This document shows positions 1 to 8,522 of a stretch of DNA of 14,719 nucleotides, in pieces. The notes beneath the pieces are model-generated. The model did no database searches and was not told where the DNA came from. It was given only the letters and a program-made list of their open reading frames with translations. Position numbers and translations under genes: made by a program. Positions within the stretch are counted from its first letter, which is position 1, and the number at the start of each line of letters is the position of its first letter. The stretch is taken from sequence record SRR16203515_19538; one strand, given 5' to 3'.

Positions 1-46
1 TGTCATATTGAGATGATGAATATGATAGATGTGACACATATGATAG

Positions 47-360
47 CTATTGCGCCGAAAGCTGAACACCCTTCTTCACGATGAGACCCAACTCAATCAG
101 ACGGTTAATTGCTTTTGCGACTTGCCCCTGATCTTTTCCAATCGTGTCGACAATGTATTTCTGTGTGCAGCGCGGATATTCGCGGATTAGCTCTAGAACC
201 AGCTTCTGCGTAGCACCCAGCTTCGCCTCACGCACATCGTCACTGATGTCAAAGCCATGTCCGTTCCACGCAAGGTGCTTTTCCGCTTGCTCGACATCTT
301 TGCCTGTCACAGTCAGCTTGCAGTCCTGCGTGCCTGTCAGTTGCTCCATAACAAGTACCG
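47..360 (-). pseudogene. C-terminal fragment of a mobile-element AAA_25/RepA-like helicase with winged-helix tail
   Basis: VLVMEQLTGTQDCKLTVTGKDVEQAEKHL resembles the end of the AAA_25 domain (xLxVTGRDVEE). It is followed by a wHTH-like segment (QKLVLELIREYP..TQKYIVDTIGKDQGQVAKAINRLIELGLIVK). There are no Walker motifs or good start codon, and the similarity stops near 360. Confidence 0.55.
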
Positions 361-447
361 AAAACAACCAGTGACACCGCAACAAACGTGATCAGCGCAA
401 GTTTAAAAGATTGACCTGAACACTCACAATTCATCCACGCATAAGGT

Positions 448-936
448 TTACATTTCCATCACAATGCATGTTGTGCTGCCTGTTGCGTATAATTTTCCCG
501 TTTCTGCATCAACGATTTCCGCCGTGGCCACACCCGTTGAACGCCCAACATGATTTGTCACACCGATTGCGTGAATTTGACGATTTTCCGGAATGGATTT
601 TACAATGTTCACTTTATATTCAAGCGTTGTGTAAATTGATCCTTTGGGAACCTTTGTCATCACCGCGCAGGCCATGGCACTGTCCAATAAGGTTCCATAC
701 CACCCGCCATGAACGGTCCCCATAGGGTTGAAGGCATCAAAGTTTGGTGCACCCGAAAATACCACGCGACCCTCGGCAACTTCGCTTAGATAATATCCAA
801 GTGTTTTGCCAATCGGTGGTGATGGATAGCGCCCATCCAAAATCCCTTGCATGAACTCCAAACCGCTTATGTCAAGCATTTGATCCAGGTTCAGTAATTC
901 GAACATGGAATTTACGTGAAATTGGTTTGGCAACAT
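448..936 (-). CDS. PaaI family (hotdog-fold) thioesterase
   Basis: NPMGTVHGGWYGTLLDSAMACA motif and YTTLEYKVN. Starts 5 nt after the tyrC stop. Confidence 0.93.
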   Translation of the reverse strand: MLPNQFHVNSMFELLNLDQMLDISGLEFMQGILDGRYPSPPIGKTLGYYLSEVAEGRVVFSGAPNFDAFNPMGTVHGGWYGTLLDSAMACAVMTKVPKGSIYTTLEYKVNIVKSIPENRQIHAIGVTNHVGRSTGVATAEIVDAETGKLYATGSTTCIVMEM

Positions 937-941
937 GTCAC

Positions 942-1868
942 TTACTCTTTGTTATCCAATTGCGCGCGCCCAAAATCTGGTGCGTCTGTGTCTTGTCCTG
1001 CTTCAATAATTCCACGCCGAATTGAACGGGTGCGGGTGAAATAATCGTGCAGCATTTCTCCATCCCCTGTACGGATGGCACGCTGAAGCGCGAACAGCTC
1101 TTCCGTGAACCGCCCAAGAATTTCTAGGGTTGCATCCTTATTCGTTAAAAACACGTCCCGCCACATTGTCGGATCGCTGGCGGCAATGCGGGTAAAATCA
1201 CGGAACCCAGCCGCCGAATACTTGATCACTTCGCTATCGGTGACCCGCCCCAAATCATCGGCAACGCCCACCATCGTATACGCAATTAAGTGGGGTGTAT
1301 GCGATGTCACAGCCAACACCAAATCGTGGTGATCGGGATCCATTTCATCGACGTTTGATCCAATCCCCACCCAAAAATCACGCAAACGCTGAACTGCATC
1401 CGCATCTGTTTCGGGCATTGGAATCAACAAACACCAGCGATTGTCAAATAGGGTTGCGAAACCACTTTCGGGTCCAGAATGTTCGGTACCCGCCAATGGG
1501 TGAGCCGGAATGAAATGCACACAAGCAGGCAAATGTGGGGCAACGGCGTCAATTACGGACCGTTTCACCGATCCCACATCGCTGATGGTTGCACCAGATT
1601 TCAAAACGGGCGCGATATCCCGTGCAACTGATCCCATCGCACCAACAGGGACACACAGGACGACCAAATCCGCATCACGCACCGCATCCTGAACAGTGTC
1701 ACACACACGGTCACATAACCCAATTCGGCGGGCTGTATCGCGTGTTTCTGCAGAACGGGCAAATCCCGTGACCTCACCCGCGAGCCCCGCGCGTTTGATT
1801 GCCCAGTACATAGAAGAGGCGATCAACCCCAATCCAATGAGGGCCACGCGATCGTATACCTTATTCAT
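942..1868 (-). CDS. tyrC: Prephenate/arogenate (cyclohexadienyl) dehydrogenase
   Basis: GLGLIA Rossmann motif, [26 protein letters not shown] and [13 protein letters not shown]. The real start MNKVYD at 1868 overlaps the hisC stop (ATGAATAA), suggesting translational coupling. Confidence 0.95.
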   Translation of the reverse strand: MNKVYDRVALIGLGLIASSMYWAIKRAGLAGEVTGFARSAETRDTARRIGLCDRVCDTVQDAVRDADLVVLCVPVGAMGSVARDIAPVLKSGATISDVGSVKRSVIDAVAPHLPACVHFIPAHPLAGTEHSGPESGFATLFDNRWCLLIPMPETDADAVQRLRDFWVGIGSNVDEMDPDHHDLVLAVTSHTPHLIAYTMVGVADDLGRVTDSEVIKYSAAGFRDFTRIAASDPTMWRDVFLTNKDATLEILGRFTEELFALQRAIRTGDGEMLHDYFTRTRSIRRGIIEAGQDTDAPDFGRAQLDNKE

Positions 1869-2949
1869 TCTTCTGCCCTTTGAATTGCCCAACGGCATTC
1901 GCAACACGGCGACAGGATGCTTCATCACCGACAGTGATGCGCAAGCATTCGGGCAAATTATACCCCCCAACGCGGCGAACAATCAGACCCTGTGATTTTA
2001 GATAATCATCACATGCCTCTGCTTCTTCCTGAGAGTTAAACCGCGCAAGAATGAAGTTTGTCATAGATGTATCAGAGGCCACCCCGTGTTCGGCTAATGC
2101 ATTTGCCAACCAAGCGCGCAGCCGCGTGTTTTCATCCCGGCATTTATCTGCATAGGCCTGATCCTTCACCGCAGCCTCTGCTGCGGCAAGTGCAGGAAGG
2201 GAGACGTTAAAGGGGCCGCGAATGCGGTTTAGGGTTTCAATAATATGCTTGGGCCCATAGCCCCATCCAACGCGCAATCCGCCAAGACCGTAGAGTTTGG
2301 AAAAGGTGCGCGTCATGACGACATTTTCATAGGAATGCACCAAACGCGCACCGCCATCATATGCTTCTACATATTCCGCATAGGCCCCATCCAAAACCAA
2401 AATGGTGTGTGACGGAATGCCCTCGGCCAAACGGCGCACTTCTGCCTCGGCAATCATGGTGCCTGTGGGATTGTTTGGATTGGCGATAAAGACGATTTTG
2501 GTTCGTTCATTACAGGCCGCCAAAATGGCATCCACATCGGTCATGCGACGATGCTCTGGGACTTCAACAGGTGTTGCGCCTGCTGCAAGCGTGGAAATAC
2601 GATACATCGCAAATCCATGTTCGGTGTGAATAACCTCGTCCCCTGGCCCTGCATAGGCATAGCAAAGGAAACTGATGATTTCATCACTGCCCACCCCGCA
2701 AATGATATTATCGCTCCACAAATCAAAAGCCTCGGCAATTGCCTTGCGCAAGGGCAAATGGTCCGTTGACGGATAGCGGTGCAACATATGCGCGGTTTTG
2801 CCCAAAGCCTCAATCGCAGCAGGCGACGGGCCAAAAGGGTTTTCATTTGAACTTAGCTTCACCGTATTTTCGGCACCTGTGGCGTGTGAACTGCCAGCCT
2901 GATAAAGCTCGATGTCCATAATCCCAGGTTGGGGCTGAATTTTTGGCAT
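1861..2949 (-). CDS. hisC: Histidinol-phosphate aminotransferase
   Basis: [26 protein letters not shown] and the PLP-lysine motif [18 protein letters not shown] at 2949 has a GGAG RBS upstream. Confidence 0.96.
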   Translation of the reverse strand: MPKIQPQPGIMDIELYQAGSSHATGAENTVKLSSNENPFGPSPAAIEALGKTAHMLHRYPSTDHLPLRKAIAEAFDLWSDNIICGVGSDEIISFLCYAYAGPGDEVIHTEHGFAMYRISTLAAGATPVEVPEHRRMTDVDAILAACNERTKIVFIANPNNPTGTMIAEAEVRRLAEGIPSHTILVLDGAYAEYVEAYDGGARLVHSYENVVMTRTFSKLYGLGGLRVGWGYGPKHIIETLNRIRGPFNVSLPALAAAEAAVKDQAYADKCRDENTRLRAWLANALAEHGVASDTSMTNFILARFNSQEEAEACDDYLKSQGLIVRRVGGYNLPECLRITVGDEASCRRVANAVGQFKGQKNE

Positions 2950-3011
2950 GCTTAACTCCGTTGTTGCGACCTTCATACGCGGCGAATTTTACCAATGCCA
3001 GAGGCAAAACG

Positions 3012-3046
3012 AAAAAGGCCGCGGCGGTTCCCCGTCGCGGCCTTTT
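3012..3046 (-). terminator. Rho-independent terminator of rpsD (potentially bidirectional)
   Basis: aaaaaggccgcggcgg-ttcc-ccgtcgcggcctttt is a GC-rich stem with A/T tracts on both sides, just downstream of the rpsD stop. Confidence 0.9.
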
Positions 3047-3063
3047 GCTGAAAACTGAAACTC

Positions 3064-3684
3064 TTAGTTTTGAGCGTAGTATTCGATGACGAGGTTTGGT
3101 TCCATCATCACTGGATATGGCACATCGCCAAGACCCGGTGTGCGAACGAATGTTGCAGTCATCTTTGAATGATCCGTTTCGATGTAATCAGGAACATCAC
3201 GCTCGGCCAACTGTACTGCTTCTAGCAAAACTGTCATCTGCTTTGAACGATCACGTACTTCGATCACGTCACCCTCTTTTACACGGTATGACGGAATGTT
3301 CACACGCTTGCCGTTCACCGTGACGTGGCCGTGGTTTACGAACTGACGGGCCGCGAATACTGTTGGAACGAACTTCGCGCGATATACAACGGCGTCCAAG
3401 CGGCGCTCTAGTAGACCGATTAGGTTCTCACCGGTATCGCCCTTCATACGGTCCGCATCAGAGAAGACGCGGCGGAATTGTTTCTCGGTCATATCACCGT
3501 AGTAACCTTTCAACTTCTGCTTGGCGCGAAGCTGAAGACCGAAGTCAGACAATTTGCCCTTACGCGCCTGACCGTGCTGGCCTGGGCCGTATTCACGACG
3601 GTTGAATGGTGATTTTGGACGACCCCAGATGTTTTCGCCCATACGGCGGTCGATTTTGTACTTGGCAGCGGTTCTTTTTGTCAT
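3064..3684 (-). CDS. rpsD: 30S ribosomal protein S4
   Basis: [33 protein letters not shown] and [18 protein letters not shown]. Stand-alone location is typical of Alphaproteobacteria. Confidence 0.99.
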   Translation of the reverse strand: MTKRTAAKYKIDRRMGENIWGRPKSPFNRREYGPGQHGQARKGKLSDFGLQLRAKQKLKGYYGDMTEKQFRRVFSDADRMKGDTGENLIGLLERRLDAVVYRAKFVPTVFAARQFVNHGHVTVNGKRVNIPSYRVKEGDVIEVRDRSKQMTVLLEAVQLAERDVPDYIETDHSKMTATFVRTPGLGDVPYPVMMEPNLVIEYYAQN

Positions 3685-3795
3685 CGCTGATCTCCTTCGT
3701 TACGGTCGAGGCCAAATGGCCACTATGAAGGGCGTTGTCCTTTTACCCGAGGGTACGACAGGCATCCCCTTGCGAGGGCCACCAACACCAATGAA
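3685..3795 (-). promoter_or_regulatory. Structured rpsD 5' leader, candidate autoregulatory element
   Basis: Minus-strand hairpins cctc-GCAA-gggg, tacc-CTCG-ggta (within tgtc/gaca) and ggcc-attt-ggcc. A ccttc segment is complementary to gaagg of the RBS. Confidence 0.5.
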
Positions 3796-3802
3796 TGCGC
3801 GG

Positions 3803-3830
3803 CTTATATAGCCTCTCGCCTCAGAGTCAA
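3803..3830 (-). promoter_or_regulatory. sigma70-type promoter of rpsD
   Basis: TTGACT-16 nt-TATAAG followed by GC-rich ccgcgc on the minus strand. Confidence 0.7.
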
Positions 3831-3891
3831 TGCACATATCAATTGAATCTTACGCCTGTCGCTTTAGTTTTTGTGTGGAGGTCATTTTTCG

Positions 3892-4203
3892 ATGCACATG
3901 AACATTTCTGAACACATTGAAACGCTGTTGGAAACAGAACGCCTGAGCCTGCAGATTTCGGGTGAGTTGGATAACGTAACAATCACTGAATTCTTCGAAT
4001 TGCGGATCCCATCGGAAAGGGTGACCGTGAATTTTAGCGGCGGCATCCAAAAGGAATGTTGGCGCGTGACACATTCGAATGGATCATACAGCGTTGTCTA
4101 CATGCCAGACGCTGGGTATTTTTCACTTTGTGTCGATAGCGCTTTGGGGCCCCTTGATATTGGTGTGCACGGGCCTGCCATACGTTGTTTTTCATCCGTT
4201 TGA
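3892..4203 (+). CDS. Hypothetical protein
   Basis: Open frame with GGAGG at 3877-3881 before ATG 3892 (alternative start 3898). Protein-like composition, no family recognised. Confidence 0.7.
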   Translation: MHMNISEHIETLLETERLSLQISGELDNVTITEFFELRIPSERVTVNFSGGIQKECWRVTHSNGSYSVVYMPDAGYFSLCVDSALGPLDIGVHGPAIRCFSSV

Positions 4204-4248
4204 AATCCGCCCGACCGCCCTACCTATAATGTGAAAACGGGGGAAAAC

Positions 4249-4644
4249 ATGCGTCTATTCTCAGGTCTTTTTACACTGATTGCGTCATCCGCCATGGCAG
4301 GGGATGAGATTTTTATCTGTCAAGCAAATGGTTTTGGAACACTGCCACAGATCACAGTCCAACATGATACCACCAACGATTTATTGCAATTCGATAGCGG
4401 ATACAGTTTTGCGGGTCAGACCAACCCCAAAACGCCAATCGCTGAACGCGGGGCAGAAAGCCTATGGTTTAAAGCAAAGATTAAGGGTGACGCGATTAAA
4501 ACAACCTATAACGTGTACCTGTATGATAATTGGATTTTGATAGAAACAATCGAATTGCCCGTTTTAGAAGAACCTTGCACCCCGATGACATGCGAGGAAC
4601 AGCAAACGATTTATCGGCTTGAACCCTGTACGCTGACAGATTGA
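4249..4644 (+). CDS. Hypothetical secreted protein
   Basis: GGGGGA RBS and signal peptide MRLFSGLFTLIASSAMA. Four Cys in the mature part. The 3' end overlaps the convergent MFS gene by 34 nt. Confidence 0.7.
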   Translation: MRLFSGLFTLIASSAMAGDEIFICQANGFGTLPQITVQHDTTNDLLQFDSGYSFAGQTNPKTPIAERGAESLWFKAKIKGDAIKTTYNVYLYDNWILIETIELPVLEEPCTPMTCEEQQTIYRLEPCTLTD

Positions 4645-5861
4645 CGCTTGGTGACGCGCCATAGCGCGTAAATTGCACAAATTTTCAGCGCACTGGGTAC
4701 CAAGGCATATGCGACACTTAGATTATAGATACCCAAAGGCGTGGGGGATGCAGGATCAAATCCAGACACCTCTAGTCCTGGCAAAACAAGCCCGACGGCA
4801 AGTGCCAAGGCCAGTTTTGAGGACAGCGACCAGTATCCAAAGGCCTCTTCACTCGGTACATCTGTGCGTTGTAAAAATTTGATGAAAACCATCGGCAATA
4901 GGGTCAAGTCTGCACCTGTCAAAACGCCTGTGACCCCACAAATTATTGCGAAAGCAACAATATCTCCAGCCCCGAGTGTAAAGGTAAGCACAAACGCCAA
5001 AAGGGACGCCAACATTGCCATCCCTAACACCCATTCAATCACATATTTTTTCGCCAAGACCGTCCAAATCGGCACCGAAAACGCCGCTGCACCGAAGAAG
5101 AGTAGTAATAACGGTCCAGACGCCGTTGCAGATCCAATGGCATATTCGACATAGAACAGGAATAGTGTGGATGTGATCGCCACAGGTATCGCGTTGATAA
5201 AAGCGAGCACCAAATAGGGGCGGATCCGAGCATCAGGCGCCACAAACGTGAATTTTTGCGAGGTGATTGTCATTTGTTCCGACCATCTGTTGTGCATCAA
5301 AAGGACTGAAACAACAGTTATCGAAATCAAAAATCCCCCAAACAAAGTATAGGGAACATGACTTATCTCCGTGAAAAGCGTAGGCGCAATCGCGGACAGA
5401 CAAATTCCAATCAACTGCCCCGCTTCACGCCAACGGGCAACGATAGGCTGCGTAGTGTCCACAAAATTATTTGCTGCATGCGTGTAAAGCAAGATTACGG
5501 ACAAACTATACCCCGTGAACAACAGGACTAATGACAAGGCAAACCAAATCGTTGGGTTGATCGGCGCAGCAACTATGAACAAGCCGAGTGCGCCCGCGAC
5601 GATAAGTGCCCCGGCACCTGCAGACAGAACCCTATGTGACGCAATCCCAATCGCAGATAAGCGTCCCAACAGTGGGTCTTGAATGAAATCAACAACCCGC
5701 AGGACAAACATGATCGCCCCCAACAAGGCCAGAGAAACACCATATGTATCCGAAAAATACTTGGGCGCATGTAGGTAGATCGGCAATCCGACCGCCCCCA
5801 GCATTACACCAAACAGGCCGACCGCCACTAGTATTCTTCTATTCGGTACGTTCTTGGACAC
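4611..5861 (-). CDS. MFS transporter, GPH (MFS_2) family, RSP_1089-like
   Basis: About 12 hydrophobic segments. GLPIYLHAPKYF..YGVSL..LG..FVLRVVDFIQDPLLG, RWREAGQLIG and FGYWSLSSKLALALA. GTG start with AAAGG upstream. Confidence 0.88.
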   Translation of the reverse strand: MSKNVPNRRILVAVGLFGVMLGAVGLPIYLHAPKYFSDTYGVSLALLGAIMFVLRVVDFIQDPLLGRLSAIGIASHRVLSAGAGALIVAGALGLFIVAAPINPTIWFALSLVLLFTGYSLSVILLYTHAANNFVDTTQPIVARWREAGQLIGICLSAIAPTLFTEISHVPYTLFGGFLISITVVSVLLMHNRWSEQMTITSQKFTFVAPDARIRPYLVLAFINAIPVAITSTLFLFYVEYAIGSATASGPLLLLFFGAAAFSVPIWTVLAKKYVIEWVLGMAMLASLLAFVLTFTLGAGDIVAFAIICGVTGVLTGADLTLLPMVFIKFLQRTDVPSEEAFGYWSLSSKLALALAVGLVLPGLEVSGFDPASPTPLGIYNLSVAYALVPSALKICAIYALWRVTKRQSVSVQGSSR

Positions 5862-5889
5862 TGTCGCCGCCTTTGGGATTCACATAATA

Positions 5890-5917
5890 TATACGCTGAG
5901 CAACAGATCGCAGATCA
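5890..5917 (-). promoter_or_regulatory. ECF11 (RpoE/ChrR)-type promoter
   Basis: Minus strand TGATCT-16 nt-CGTATA, 28 nt upstream of the MFS start. Matches the TGATC/CGTA consensus of singlet-oxygen sigmaE promoters. Confidence 0.65.
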
Positions 5918-5926
5918 ACCCTTCCT

Positions 5927-5950
5927 CGGTCCGCCACTTTCCAAAAACAA
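5927..5950 (+). repeat. tRNA-3'-end-like (att-like) scar at the island's left border
   Basis: cggtccgccactttccaaaaacaa aligns to the reverse complement of 14618-14639 (cggtcaccactttcaaaaacaa) with 21 identities, 1 mismatch and 2 single-base gaps. GTCCGCCA also resembles a tRNA-Ser 3' end. Confidence 0.4.
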
Positions 5951-6090
5951 AAATTGGCAACTGCAAACGTAGGCTTCTGATAACGCTTAGTTTTTAACCT
6001 TGGCGCTATTTTGCCTTAGCCTTTGACTGACCGTTATGCAGACCAGATTACGTTAGCATCTAGGCACCGTGTGAGTATACCAACTCGATG

Positions 6091-6297
6091 CTACAAGCCC
6101 ATTTTAGCAGCTCGGATACGATCGGCTTTGCGTTTACGCTTAATTCCCTCTTTCGCCTGCCGTGCTTTTTTTACTGAGGGCTTCTCGTAAAATTCTTTTG
6201 TGCGCATCTCTCGTAGAAGCCCTTCACGCTACATCTTTTTTTTCAACACACGCAAAGCCTGATCGACATTATTGTCTCTTACATCAACGTGAAGCAT
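6091..6297 (-). pseudogene. rpsU: 30S ribosomal protein S21 paralogue with one in-frame TAG at codon 23
   Basis: Manual translation: MLHVDVRDNNVDQALRVLKKKM*REGLLREMRTKEFYEKPSVKKARQAKEGIKRKRKADRIRAAKMGL*. VRDNNVDQALR, KKKxQREG and YEKPS are S21 hallmarks. TAG at 6229-6231 replaces the conserved Gln. Confidence 0.93.
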
Positions 6298-6430
6298 TAA
6301 TAACTAGCCTACTATGTTTAAACATTGGCAGAGGTGAACCTACAATTGAAGCTTCTTCCGACTCGCAAAACAAATGGGACGTAAAGGCCCACCTCTCATC
6401 TCATAGTGATACAGTTATCATCCACTTCTG

Positions 6431-6463
6431 GCACAAAATCGACAACTCAGCACAAAATCGACA
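6431..6463 (+). repeat. 14-bp direct repeat, 19-bp period
   Basis: gcacaaaatcgaca at 6431-6444 and 6450-6463, in the rpsU/htpG divergent intergenic region. Confidence 0.8.
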
Positions 6464-6634
6464 TAATATTATTTAGTTAAGTCACTTTATCCACATTTAA
6501 TCGCTGCTAGCTGAGCTCTTCACCCTTTGACCTAATACCTTCAAAATTTGCCTAGAAGAAAAATTATCTACCACCCGACATATTGTAAATCTGTCGGCTC
6601 TCATTACTTATCGCACCAAATAATGGAGGATAAC

Positions 6635-8476
6635 ATGACGGTACAGACCCACGACTTTGAGGCCGATACAGGCAAAATTCTGAACATTGTGATTAACTCT
6701 CTTTATTCTGACAGAGACATATTTTTGCGTGAACTATTGTCCAACGCCTCTGATGCAATTCACAAACGAAAATTTCTCGGGCAAACGGAACCCAAACTCC
6801 TCGACAACAGTGCAGATGAAATTTCAATCAACATCGACGAAAAGAAGAAAACAATTGAAATCATTGATACTGGCATTGGATTGAATGCAGATGATCTGAC
6901 TGAAACATTTGGGACAATTGCACGTTCTGGAACCTCATCTTTTTTAGAAGCTATCGATGAGAATACAGATAAAAAAGACGCAGCTAAGACACTTATTGGT
7001 AAGTTTGGTGTGGGCTTTTATTCTGCTTTCATGGTTGCTGAAAAAGTAGTAGCCACAACAAAAAAAGCCGGCGAAGATGATACATTCATTTGGGAAAGTG
7101 ACGGCAAAACAGGTTATTCCATCACTTCATCAAGTGATGCACATGAGACTGGTACTTCGATAAAACTCTTTTTGCGCAAAGATGCCAAGGAATACGCTGA
7201 CGTCCAAAGACTCAAGACACTCATTAAAAAATATTCTGACCATATTCTCGTTCCAATTTTTGTAACCGCAAAGGATGCAGAGAAAGAACAGGCCAACAGC
7301 GCACAAGCGCTTTGGACAAAATCACCTTCAGAAATTTCTGCGGAAGAATACGCAGAATTTTACAGAAGCAGCTTGGGTGCATTCGATGAACCATTCATCA
7401 CCCTACACAACAAAACTGAGGGATCCATAGACTTCACTAATATGTTGTTTGTTCCAAAGACTGCGCCTTTTGACCTGTTTGAACCAGAACGAAAAACAAA
7501 AGTCAGCCTCTACATCAATCGTGTATTTATTAGCCAAGATGTCGACGGGATAATTCCAGCATGGTTACGTTTTGTTAAAGGTATCTTAGATACGACAAGC
7601 CTGGATCTGAACGTTAGCAGGGAGATGGTGCAGAATAGTCCTGTCATCAGAAAGATTGCAAAGTCTGTCACTAAAAAAGTTCTATCAGAACTGAAGAAGA
7701 AGCTGAAAAAGGACGAGACTGAATACGATGCATTTTGGGAACAATTCGGCAAGGTTCTGAAAGAAGGTCTCTACGAGGATTTTGAAAATCGTGAAAAAAT
7801 TGCAGAGATTACTCGGGTTTATTCGCTGAAACATGAAAAACTCATCAGCCTCGATGACTACATCGCAGAAATGGACGAAAAACAGGACAATATCTACTAC
7901 CTAGCGGCCGATACCCTCAAGCAGGCGAAGTCGAGTCCGCACTTAGAGGGCTTCCAGGCTAAGGGTGTAGACGTTCTTCTCATGACAGATCCCATTGATG
8001 CATTTTGGATGTCTCAGATGGGTTCATTCAAGGAAAAGGCATTCTTATCCATCTCACGTGATAAGTATGATTTGTCAGACTTGGATGATGAAGATGCAGC
8101 AGAAACATCAGATGATGAAGAAACCAACACAATCGCTGCCTTGATCAAAGAGTGCATCACTGACTTGGTTGAGGATGTAAAACCCACAGCAGCACTGGTG
8201 GAAAGCCCCGTAAGGCTCGTAGCGGGTGAGGGTGGATTAGACTTCAACCTCGAAAGAATTCTCAAAGCACAAAATCCCGACTTTGAGGGTGGAAAGAAGG
8301 TATTGGAGGTGAATTGTAATCACGACCTCGTGAAAAAGATTCCGTCACTTTCTTTAGATTTGCAAAAGGCTGTAAGCAGAATCTTGTTTGAACAAGCAAG
8401 AGTTCTTGACGGTGAAATGCCGTCGGATCCGCAGCAATTCTCAAAAGATCTAATTGCCCTAGGCAACGCCCTTTAA
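6635..8476 (+). CDS. htpG: Hsp90 chaperone HtpG
   Basis: SLYSDRDIFLRELLSNASDA, DTGIG, GTIARSGT, FGVGFYSAFMVA and LNVSRE. GGAGG RBS before ATG 6635 (613 aa). Confidence 0.97.
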   Translation: MTVQTHDFEADTGKILNIVINSLYSDRDIFLRELLSNASDAIHKRKFLGQTEPKLLDNSADEISINIDEKKKTIEIIDTGIGLNADDLTETFGTIARSGTSSFLEAIDENTDKKDAAKTLIGKFGVGFYSAFMVAEKVVATTKKAGEDDTFIWESDGKTGYSITSSSDAHETGTSIKLFLRKDAKEYADVQRLKTLIKKYSDHILVPIFVTAKDAEKEQANSAQALWTKSPSEISAEEYAEFYRSSLGAFDEPFITLHNKTEGSIDFTNMLFVPKTAPFDLFEPERKTKVSLYINRVFISQDVDGIIPAWLRFVKGILDTTSLDLNVSREMVQNSPVIRKIAKSVTKKVLSELKKKLKKDETEYDAFWEQFGKVLKEGLYEDFENREKIAEITRVYSLKHEKLISLDDYIAEMDEKQDNIYYLAADTLKQAKSSPHLEGFQAKGVDVLLMTDPIDAFWMSQMGSFKEKAFLSISRDKYDLSDLDDEDAAETSDDEETNTIAALIKECITDLVEDVKPTAALVESPVRLVAGEGGLDFNLERILKAQNPDFEGGKKVLEVNCNHDLVKKIPSLSLDLQKAVSRILFEQARVLDGEMPSDPQQFSKDLIALGNAL

Positions 8477-8482
8477 GGCAAT

Positions 8483-8522
8483 CGGTAGCCGCTACTGACG
8501 TTGGTTAGCGGCTACCGTTTTT
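8483..8522 (+). terminator. Rho-independent terminator of htpG
   Basis: Perfect 12-bp stem cggtagccgcta / tagcggctaccg followed by ttttt, 6 nt after the htpG stop. Confidence 0.88.

Noticed and set aside
1869-1982. N-terminal extensions in the ORF track (tyrC from 1982, hisC from 2976, htpG from 6548)
   Set aside because: Downstream ATGs have RBSs or stop-start coupling and match the family N-termini.
6229-6231. TAG-to-Gln recoding (genetic code 15) as the explanation for the rpsU amber
   Set aside because: The same gene ends in TAG at the normal S21 length, and neighbouring genes (9284, 13799) use TAG as a true stop.
6162-6476. 104-aa plus-strand ORF
   Set aside because: Partly the antisense shadow of the rpsU frame, with no recognisable features.
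6550-6584. RpoH (sigma32) promoter for htpG (ctagaa...cccgacatat)
   Set aside because: The match and spacing are too poor to support a call.
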